From the IMG/VR virus record IMGVR_UViG_3300033156_000439, positions 1 to 64,000 of that record: a stretch of DNA of 64,000 nucleotides. One strand, written 5' to 3'. The notes beneath the pieces are model-generated. The model made no database searches, was not told the DNA's origin, and was given only the letters and a program-made list of their open reading frames with translations. Positions 57,373 to 64,000 of this stretch are shown piece after piece; the first letter of the stretch is position 1, and the number at the start of each line of letters is the position of its first letter. Source of the stretch: a virus. A program made the translations under genes and the position numbers.

Positions 57373-58284
57373 ATGTTAGATAAGGAAGAAATAAAAAACT
57401 TAACAAAGAAAAGTATGGAGAAGGCTTATCTCCCAGTGCCTTCTCATGGGGGACTCAAGACTGCAAAGTTCACTCTTGAGGACGTCCAAAGATGTTTTAG
57501 GCAGCCCGCTCTTCTTCGAGACCTCGTATATTTGGTTGGAGGAGTAGCGGTTCACGGCAAGGGTAACGATGTGGACTTAGTAATACGTGGAGATGACTTA
57601 TCGGAACCTCAACGTGAAGCTCTTTTGTTCCGTCTTTATCGAGCATTTGGTGATTACTTCAATATACCTTACGATATGACACCTAAGCATTTACACGTAA
57701 CCTTCAACAACTATGGTCCTTTTACAGACCACGTTCTCTTATATCACTTAGCAATTGTTCCTTCTGAAGACCGAAGTGTCCACGAAATGGAAGCCATGAA
57801 GTCCGTATCCTCCAATGGTGAATGGATAGTTTATGGTTATGGTTCGATAGACGCAATTGACCTTGAAGGTGATGAAATAACCATTGATGCTCTCAAAGGC
57901 ATGTGGGAGGAAATGCAAAAGACCCCGAAGAAGTACTGGAATGTCATGAATGAACATGGTGGTGTACAAGTAGGAGAAATCCTCCCAGAGTGGAATGGGC
58001 TCAAAACTCACGTTGACGAAAAAGGGTTCTTTGTAATAGTGAAGCTCCGTAAGGATATAGACGCAGCACGAAGGATATGGGAAGCAATTCATTCTGACAA
58101 TGAAGCAGAACGTATCAAGAGTTTCTCAATTCACATTGAGTATCCTGGAGGTGTGCAAAATTGTACAGAAAAGGTCTGTGACAAAAACAGATGTTGGCGT
58201 AAGATAACCAAGGCAAGATTCCTTGAGTTGAGTTTCACAAGAAATCCTGCTAATCCGTTATGTATTTTTAAACCCGCGTTCTAA
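57373..58284 (+). CDS. Pol-beta-type nucleotidyltransferase fused to HK97-type prohead protease 2
   Basis: N-terminal VYLVGG...G.GNDVDLVI; C-terminal GYGS...D.EGD.I, EH...QVG, SFSI, ELS....PANP. Confidence 0.8.
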   Translation: MLDKEEIKNLTKKSMEKAYLPVPSHGGLKTAKFTLEDVQRCFRQPALLRDLVYLVGGVAVHGKGNDVDLVIRGDDLSEPQREALLFRLYRAFGDYFNIPYDMTPKHLHVTFNNYGPFTDHVLLYHLAIVPSEDRSVHEMEAMKSVSSNGEWIVYGYGSIDAIDLEGDEITIDALKGMWEEMQKTPKKYWNVMNEHGGVQVGEILPEWNGLKTHVDEKGFFVIVKLRKDIDAARRIWEAIHSDNEAERIKSFSIHIEYPGGVQNCTEKVCDKNRCWRKITKARFLELSFTRNPANPLCIFKPAF

Positions 58285-58314
58285 CTCTAACATTTAAAAT
58301 TAAAGGTGAGCGAG

Positions 58315-58560
58315 ATGCAAGAGCTTTATATAGGAGAGAAACCTTATGACAATTATTTAAGGGCACTTGGAGATTCCCAGAGTGTTAGCGTGTTGGCAAG
58401 AGGCAAAAATATCAAGAAGGCAATAGATGTAGCACTCATGGCTCAGAGGCTAAGTCAGTTTGAAATTAGGAATGTGGTTCTTTACGATGAGAAGATGACA
58501 AGTGATGATGGTGAACGTGAATATTATGTTAGTGCAATAAGGATAGACTTAAGTCGTTAA
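58315..58560 (+). CDS. albA: Alba-family DNA/RNA-binding protein
   Basis: YIG.KP..NY, V.ARG.NI.KAIDVA, VSAI.I.L. Confidence 0.88.
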   Translation: MQELYIGEKPYDNYLRALGDSQSVSVLARGKNIKKAIDVALMAQRLSQFEIRNVVLYDEKMTSDDGEREYYVSAIRIDLSR

Positions 58561-58589
58561 TTATATTATAGAATATAGAGGAATTGAAA

Positions 58590-59219
58590 ATGGCAACTCA
58601 AGAAGAGGAGTTTGAGGAATTCTTTAAAGAATTGGAAGAGTCGATGAAAGAGGATGCAGAGAACGAGGAAGAGAAGTCAGAGGAGGAACCGACTGAGGGT
58701 GAGAGTGAGGGTGAAAAAGCTCTTACAAAGGCAGATGTGATTAAGATAGTCAGGGACGAAATAAAGACATTTTGGAAAGGTGTCTTAAAGGGCAAATACC
58801 CACTTCCAGCAAAGTATCCCTACGCCAAGTATCCATACGCAAAGTATCCCTACGCCAAGTATCCTGCTCCAGCTTCAAAGAAGAGCTTAGACGAAGGAGA
58901 CTTCGTACCAATGTATCCCGCGTTTGTGGTAGTTCCACAGATGCAGATGCAGACAGATAGTACAAAGAGTAAGGATGTGAAAATTGATTCGACTGAGCAG
59001 AAGAATGCACAGACAGACAGCACAAAGGATGATGGAAAGGATGACATAATCGAAGAGCAGAAGTCGCAGATAGAAGAGCTCAAAAAGACAGTAGAGGATC
59101 TTCAGAAGAAACTCGAAGAGATTAGTGCTCAGCCAGCTCCTGAGAAAGAGGAGGATGAGGCCAAACCCGATTACGTCTCAGACGTCCTAATTGATGGTGA
59201 TACAATATCTCGACCTTAA
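58590..59219 (+). CDS. Acidic scaffolding-like protein with KYPYA repeats and coiled coil
   Basis: Located between protease and capsid genes; Glu-rich; C-terminal coiled coil. Confidence 0.65.
   Translation: MATQEEEFEEFFKELEESMKEDAENEEEKSEEEPTEGESEGEKALTKADVIKIVRDEIKTFWKGVLKGKYPLPAKYPYAKYPYAKYPYAKYPAPASKKSLDEGDFVPMYPAFVVVPQMQMQTDSTKSKDVKIDSTEQKNAQTDSTKDDGKDDIIEEQKSQIEELKKTVEDLQKKLEEISAQPAPEKEEDEAKPDYVSDVLIDGDTISRP
58812..58865 (+). repeat. 15-bp coding tandem repeat (KYPYA x3.5)
   Basis: aagtatccctacgcc aagtatccatacgca aagtatccctacgcc aagtatcct. Confidence 0.9.
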
Positions 59220-59235
59220 ATATCTCTAAGACAAT

Positions 59236-59365
59236 TCTCAAATTTTACACCATTTGCACATATTTGCGTCTGAGTGCAATTTTACCGTTAAGCATGATAA
59301 ATTATTCATGGACTTACTTTCATTCGCATATAGCGCATATCTGTGCATCTGGTAACATTTCTATT
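59236..59365. repeat. Dispersed imperfect palindromic repeat, copy C (most symmetric)
   Basis: Left arm accatttgcacatatttgcg; right arm cgcatatctgtgcatctggt. Confidence 0.75.
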
Positions 59366-59393
59366 TAAAAGTTTGAAATGAGGTAAATTAAAA

Positions 59394-59798
59394 ATGGCTG
59401 AAGTTGAAGATGTGGTTGCTGGTGCACCAGTCATAGTGACATTCTTGGCTGGTGCAGACATTGAGGCAGGACAGGTGGTGGGCTATGATGTGAGTGCTTC
59501 TCCTGATGATATGACCGTCTCTCCTGCATTACAGGATGGGTATGACACGATACCTGTTGGCGTCGCAGTAGATTCAGTGGCGGAGGATGACCCCGTGCCA
59601 GTGGCTATTCCGCCCTCGATAGTGAGGGTAAGAGCATCAAGTAATGTAACTGCTGGTCAGTTGGTACAGCTCAATGAGAGTGACGCAGGTCAGGTTGAAC
59701 CTTACAACTCGGGTGATAACACTTGGGCATTAGGTCAGGCATTAGAAGATATAACTGCAGACTCGACTGGTAGAGTGAGGTTACTCCTCACAAAATAA
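59394..59798 (+). CDS. Capsid decoration/cement protein (DUF2190-like)
   Basis: F.AGADI.AGQVV...GVA......D.V.V...V.AG..V...G.V...G.ALE; precedes the MCP. Confidence 0.75.
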   Translation: MAEVEDVVAGAPVIVTFLAGADIEAGQVVGYDVSASPDDMTVSPALQDGYDTIPVGVAVDSVAEDDPVPVAIPPSIVRVRASSNVTAGQLVQLNESDAGQVEPYNSGDNTWALGQALEDITADSTGRVRLLLTK

Positions 59799-59834
59799 AT
59801 ACCTCTATATTAAATTAAAAGAAGGTAAAGAAAA

Positions 59835-60821
59835 ATGGGTGATTTTGCAAACTTACTCCGGATTGTTAAGGCTGGTGATGATGCTAATCAGAAAAGCTAC
59901 TGGATGAAAAGACTCAGTAAGGGTACTCACGAATTGATGCAGGCTTACAACGTGACTGCTGAGCACCTTGTTCGAGAGGAATTATACAAAGAGGTGCTAC
60001 GTGGCGCTGAGGAAGTGCTCTGTATGAGAGAGGTTCTCCCAATTTACAGAATGAAGAGGAATGAACTCAGGTTCGTTCTCACAGATGCTCCAACTGGTAT
60101 GCTTCCACTTGTAGCACCTGGTTCAAGCCTTCCTGAGGGTCCAGACGTCAAGTTCAAGAGTGATGTTACATTTGTGGCTCAGAAATATGGTGAGAAAGTT
60201 GGCATCCCAGAGGAACTCATAGAGGAGGAAGAGTTCGATGTGATAGAGCTATTAGTTCACAACGAGGGTCGTCGGGCAGAGAACCGACTAAATGACGTAG
60301 CAATGAAGGCGCTATTAAACGCAAAGAGCAGTGTAGAGAGTACAGACAATGTTTCAATAATAGATAGGATAGTGGCAATGGTAAAGAAAATGCGAAAGAA
60401 CAAGTTTGAACCAGATACCATCGTAATGACTCCAGACGCGGAGGCAGAGATACTCAAGTATATGGTGGGTGAAACAAAGGTAGCAAATACAACTGGCGAG
60501 GCTGGTTATGGCAAAACTGGTGTTCCAGAGGTATTCAGGACCAAAGAGATAGGCAGACCAATAGTTGGTCTTAAGCCATACGTGTTGTCAAAGGAGGTAG
60601 CTGGTGATTCCCTGAGTTGGGGTGGTGATGATACCAATGCACACATCTGCATCCTTGATAGAAGGATGGCGGGTGGTATTGGTATGAGAAGCGATATAGC
60701 AATAAAGAGGTTCGAGGACCCACTTAACGACTTGAGAAACCTGAAGATTACTATGAGAATATGTGCAGAGACATTCTTTGCTAATGCGATTGAACTGGGT
60801 GACATAGCGAGCCTCTTGTAA
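59835..60821 (+). CDS. Major capsid protein (HK97 fold), copy 2
   Basis: KYG..V.I.EELIEEEEFDVIE, FEPDTIVM.P, DIAIKRFEDPLNDLR; canonical position after scaffold and cement genes. Confidence 0.88.
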   Translation: MGDFANLLRIVKAGDDANQKSYWMKRLSKGTHELMQAYNVTAEHLVREELYKEVLRGAEEVLCMREVLPIYRMKRNELRFVLTDAPTGMLPLVAPGSSLPEGPDVKFKSDVTFVAQKYGEKVGIPEELIEEEEFDVIELLVHNEGRRAENRLNDVAMKALLNAKSSVESTDNVSIIDRIVAMVKKMRKNKFEPDTIVMTPDAEAEILKYMVGETKVANTTGEAGYGKTGVPEVFRTKEIGRPIVGLKPYVLSKEVAGDSLSWGGDDTNAHICILDRRMAGGIGMRSDIAIKRFEDPLNDLRNLKITMRICAETFFANAIELGDIASLL

Positions 60822-60832
60822 ACGTAAACTTA

Positions 60833-60856
60833 TATTTCTATTCTTCCTTTTGTTCA
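60833..60856 (+). terminator. Pyrimidine-rich archaeal-type terminator after the MCP
   Basis: tatttctattcttccttttgttc; the same TATTTCTATT start recurs at about 54723 and 63006. Confidence 0.45.
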
Positions 60857-60896
60857 CTGTTTCAGATTTTTACTAATATTCGAGGAGTAATCGCAA

Positions 60897-61052
60897 ATGT
60901 TAGGATTATCATTGATAATAGTAGGGGTAATAGGGGTTTGGGCTGCTGTAATAATGGAGATAAAGACTCACGCGGATTTGTGGGAAATCCTCATGAAGGT
61001 ATTTCCAACGTTCTTTGGTGTAGGTACATTTCTATACTCAATAGGACGTTAG
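60897..61052 (+). CDS. Small two-TM membrane protein (51 aa)
   Basis: GAGGAG RBS; MLGLSLIIVGVIGVWAAVIM...FFGVGTFLYSIGR. Confidence 0.55.
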   Translation: MLGLSLIIVGVIGVWAAVIMEIKTHADLWEILMKVFPTFFGVGTFLYSIGR

Positions 61053-61222
61053 GATATGTGGAGTAAAAAACATTGGCATAAGGAATACTTCGAAATAATA
61101 AACAAGGGCTCAATAGATAAGGACAGCGTATCAGACTGGGAGTACGAGTGGGCAGGTCTCTCATTCCCAGATGGTTATCATCCACGTAGAATACTTGTAG
61201 GTGGACGATTAGATTACAAACC

Positions 61223-61729
61223 ATGATTAATCCTACAATTTCTTTCAAGACGGACAAACTGAAAATATTGGGAAAGGATAAAGAATTAGCTTCTCACTTA
61301 CACACTGCGAGTGAGAAGTCTCTCACTATAATGTTGAGAACACTCCGTCGAAATTGTCCTGTGGGCAAAAGACCTGCCAGAGAAACTCACCCCGGTGAAC
61401 CTCGAATGAAGAATGCCATCTTTGCTAAGAGATATAGAGAACCCGGATTATTTGGTGGAAGCGTTTACATAGACACCAAGATTTGTCCCCACGCGTATTA
61501 CTACACTTATGGTCGAAGAGGTGGTACTTTGATATTTCCTAAACAGAAAAAAGCTCTTACAATTGTGAAACATTGGATGACCAAGTCAGAAGCACCATTA
61601 CGTAAGTGGTCCCGATTGGGTAGTATGAGAGGACATACAGAGTATCTTCAAAAGACAGTAACTGAGGTCCAACCAAAAATACGTAGCCTATTTAGAGGAG
61701 CTGTCAAAGTTTGGATAGGTGAGTTATAA
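61223..61729 (+). CDS. HK97 gp10-like tail completion/neck protein
   Basis: CPV....M.NAI...YYTYG.R....I.PK.KKAL; position among neck genes. Confidence 0.65.
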   Translation: MINPTISFKTDKLKILGKDKELASHLHTASEKSLTIMLRTLRRNCPVGKRPARETHPGEPRMKNAIFAKRYREPGLFGGSVYIDTKICPHAYYYTYGRRGGTLIFPKQKKALTIVKHWMTKSEAPLRKWSRLGSMRGHTEYLQKTVTEVQPKIRSLFRGAVKVWIGEL

Positions 61730-62059
61730 ATGTACGGAAACATTAGAAACCTGAAGCGTCTTTTGGAAATTCCAGAGAATGATGTCACCTACGATTCAAC
61801 CCTTGAGTATCTTCTTGATCAAGCCAATGTTTGGTTGAGTACAAGAGAGAGCGTGACTCTTGATGATGATATTAAAAATTCAGCTTGTGAATTCTTCGCA
61901 GCTTATCTTTATCGTAGTAGAGCAGAAATGTTATCTCCCTCAGGTGAAATAAGTGGAGTTGCCTCTCAGTATAAACAGATAGCCAATCAACTCATTGACA
62001 GTGGAATAAAACAAGCTACTAAAGATAGAGACTTTGCATTTAAGAAGGTGAATGAATAA
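61730..62059 (+). CDS. Head-tail adaptor protein
   Basis: LKRLL.I......D..LE.LL..A...IK.A.....AYLY. Confidence 0.7.
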   Translation: MYGNIRNLKRLLEIPENDVTYDSTLEYLLDQANVWLSTRESVTLDDDIKNSACEFFAAYLYRSRAEMLSPSGEISGVASQYKQIANQLIDSGIKQATKDRDFAFKKVNE

Positions 62060-62490
62060 TGTTCATAGAAGGCGGAAAGAAATATTTGGATGTGATAGTA
62101 GATTGCATAAGAGAAGAACTCGATAGTGCAAACAAAAACATTCCGGTATTTGTCCAACATTTCCTCAGACCCTCTGATACTGGACGGGTGCCGTTTATAT
62201 CAGTAATTCTCGATAGGATTGATAGAAATTCTACCACCATTGGACGGGCACTTCAACTCGCTAATATTTACTATCTCATAACTCTGGTAGAAAAATACAA
62301 AGAAGAAACACTCTTTACAGACCTTCCTACGATAGAGGACGCCTTGATGAAAGTTCAAGGTAGACTTCCACAGGAAACCGAGAGTGCTTCCATAATTTCC
62401 ATAGAGGTTGCTTATGAAGAGATAGGCAACTTAGTTCTTCAAGCTTCTCAAATTTCTTTTGTGGTAGAAGCTACTTTAGAATACTCTTAA
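62059..62490 (+). CDS. Putative tail terminator protein
   Basis: Size, PFISV motif and position before the tail tube gene. Confidence 0.55.
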   Translation: MFIEGGKKYLDVIVDCIREELDSANKNIPVFVQHFLRPSDTGRVPFISVILDRIDRNSTTIGRALQLANIYYLITLVEKYKEETLFTDLPTIEDALMKVQGRLPQETESASIISIEVAYEEIGNLVLQASQISFVVEATLEYS

Positions 62491-62523
62491 TAGTTTTATG
62501 AATAAATTAAAAGGAGAGTTAAA

Positions 62524-62994
62524 ATGCCAACTCCGATTAAAGGTTGGAAAGGTGAAGTCCGCATTATAGGTGCAGATGATAACAACTCGTGGTTCGACGC
62601 TGCTCCTGATCCTCTTTTAGAACGAAGCCCATTGAGTACGTCAGTGCCTACTGACAAAGTATATGTGATAGGTAAGAAGAGTCCTGTTGCCATATTGGAA
62701 GGTGAGCAGGAGATTACAGGTACAGTAGAGAGGGCGTTCTTTGATAATGAGTCTGCAAATTACGTTGCTATGGTTGGCGGAGAGCTGAAGAGGCTCACAG
62801 ATTTGGCTGGTGTAACAGAGACTGAGATGATTGAGTGTAAGATGAGGATACGACCAAATGAGTCCTTTGATATTCTGCCAGGTTACATCCTAAAGGGTGT
62901 GAAGTTCTCAGACTGGGGTCTTGATATGGCTGCTGGTGACATGACAAAAGAGCACGCAGACTACTCGGCAACAGATGTTGAGAAGGAAGAATAA
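62524..62994 (+). CDS. Tail tube protein
   Basis: G...ITGT.ER.F.D...LKGVKFS.W.; position and strong RBS. Confidence 0.72.
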   Translation: MPTPIKGWKGEVRIIGADDNNSWFDAAPDPLLERSPLSTSVPTDKVYVIGKKSPVAILEGEQEITGTVERAFFDNESANYVAMVGGELKRLTDLAGVTETEMIECKMRIRPNESFDILPGYILKGVKFSDWGLDMAAGDMTKEHADYSATDVEKEE

Positions 62995-63053
62995 GCGTAA
63001 ATTAATATTTCTATTACTTTTCTTTTCTTGTTATTAAAAGGAGGCTAAAAGCT

Positions 63054-63443
63054 ATGAGCGAAATGAATTTGGAAGAATACCTGAAGAGGCAGAGAGAGGT
63101 GGAAGAGATAGCTTTACCTTCGGGTCTTAAGGTCAAAATACGAAAGCGTCTTTCACCATTACGCTGTCTAAAGATATTGGGAAAAGCTAATGTGAGCTGG
63201 GATGAGATGGGTCCTGGTCTCTCCATAGATAAGTATAATGCGTTTTGTGAAATAGGCTTTTCTGAACTTCTTGTTGAACCTAAAGTTCCCGAAGATATAG
63301 CAGCCGAAGACTTTGAGGATAAAGACTTTAGTGAACTTCACAAGATACTCATTCGAAACTTCCAAGGTAATATCGAAGAGGACGTAAAAGGGTTAGGACC
63401 CAAGGAGTTAGATAACAAGGATTTTACTACACCGTCCGAGTAA
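63054..63443 (+). CDS. Tail assembly chaperone (gpG-like)
   Basis: Between tail tube and tape measure genes; LPSG..VKIR. Confidence 0.7.
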   Translation: MSEMNLEEYLKRQREVEEIALPSGLKVKIRKRLSPLRCLKILGKANVSWDEMGPGLSIDKYNAFCEIGFSELLVEPKVPEDIAAEDFEDKDFSELHKILIRNFQGNIEEDVKGLGPKELDNKDFTTPSE

Positions 63444-63640
63444 TCTCGGAGAAATGTCACGTCAGACCATCGGATATTCTCGATCCTTATGACGAACTTC
63501 CATTTATAGATAAAATTAAATTAGATATTGCTGTGCTCACCTCCCGGACCAAGGAGGCGAGTAAGACTATGTCGCCTCAAGACGCTGAGGCCTATTTAGA
63601 ACAACTGAAGATTAAGAAGAAAATTGGTAGAAAAAATTGA
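63419..63640 (+). CDS. -1 frameshift extension of the tail chaperone (gpGT-like)
   Basis: In-frame slippery G GAT TTT at 63419-63425; the -1 frame is open to TGA 63638-63640 (FYYTVRVISEKCHVRPSDIL...LDIAV...). Confidence 0.7.
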   Translation, partial: GFYYTVRVISEKCHVRPSDILDPYDELPFIDKIKLDIAVLTSRTKEASKTMSPQDAEAYLEQLKIKKKIGRKN

Positions 63641-64000
63641 AGTTGTATTGGAAGGAGTAGACCGAACACAACAGGCGTTCGCTACTTTCCGTAAGAATTT
63701 AGAGAGCTCAGTTAGCGAACTGAGGAAGGCAAGAGCGGATATATTCGCGTATAGTGCAAGCTTGAAAAATGCCATACAATGGCAACAGATGAGTGCTAAG
63801 GAGTATGTCAAAGTAACCTCTCAACTTAGACAGTACGATAAATACGTTACGAGATTGACAACCGAGATACCAAAGAATCAACAGGAGCAGGCTCGATGGG
63901 TTAAGTCTATAAAAGAAGGACTCAGTCCCATACGACAGTATATCACCAATTATGAGGATATTGCTCCACTATTGGATAAGGTTGCAGGTAGAGCTCTTAA
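63624..64000 (+). CDS. Tape measure protein, N-terminal part (runs off the window)
   Basis: TTG start, MVEKIEVVLEGVDRTQQAF..., helical, open to the window end. Confidence 0.7.
   Translation, partial: MVEKIEVVLEGVDRTQQAFATFRKNLESSVSELRKARADIFAYSASLKNAIQWQQMSAKEYVKVTSQLRQYDKYVTRLTTEIPKNQQEQARWVKSIKEGLSPIRQYITNYEDIAPLLDKVAGRAL

Larger units (their letters stand above)
1..64000. mobile_element. Segment of a tailed archaeal virus genome (Caudoviricetes); provirus status unknown
   Basis: TerL, portal, prohead proteases, HK97-like capsid proteins, tail tube, chaperone and tape measure genes occur together with archaeal-type replication genes. Two long divergent gene arms; no host housekeeping genes or integrase seen. 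Confidence 0.93.

Noticed and set aside
1-64000. Integrase, att sites or transposase indicating a provirus or IS element
   Set aside because: No tyrosine/serine recombinase or transposase motifs and no host-gene junction recognised in this window.

Overview
This window is part of a large tailed archaeal dsDNA virus genome (Caudoviricetes, probably siphovirus-like). The host is probably an anaerobic euryarchaeote, judging from PolB, a fused PriS/PriL-like primase, RadA-like ATPase, ERCC4 nuclease, Alba, class III RNR and GGTGA/GGAGG ribosome-binding sites. Positions 1-33.6 kb are a minus-strand arm carrying nucleotide-metabolism and replication genes (NrdD/NrdG, ClpP-like protease, metallophosphoesterase, PolB, two DNA methyltransferases, primase, DUF47/PhoU, ERCC4, RadA, DHH), followed by a ~9 kb tandem array of about 16 divergent 150-200 aa paralogs (five disrupted, one truncated, one AbiEi-like gene inserted), a VWA/MoxR pair and an amidoligase/GATase module. 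Positions 33.6-36.8 kb are the strand switch, with hairpins, an AT-rich iterated region and G-tracts. Positions 36.8-64 kb are a plus-strand morphogenesis arm: glycosyltransferases, terminase, portal, two separate protease + HK97-like capsid protein modules, a DNA ligase and an intein-split LigD-phosphoesterase-like gene embedded among head genes, a large DUF2341 adhesin, Alba, head-tail and tail genes, a -1 frameshifted tail chaperone and the start of the tape measure gene. A family of ~100-130 bp imperfect palindromes occurs five to six times in intergenic spaces. All calls come from manual motif reading; no database searches were run.
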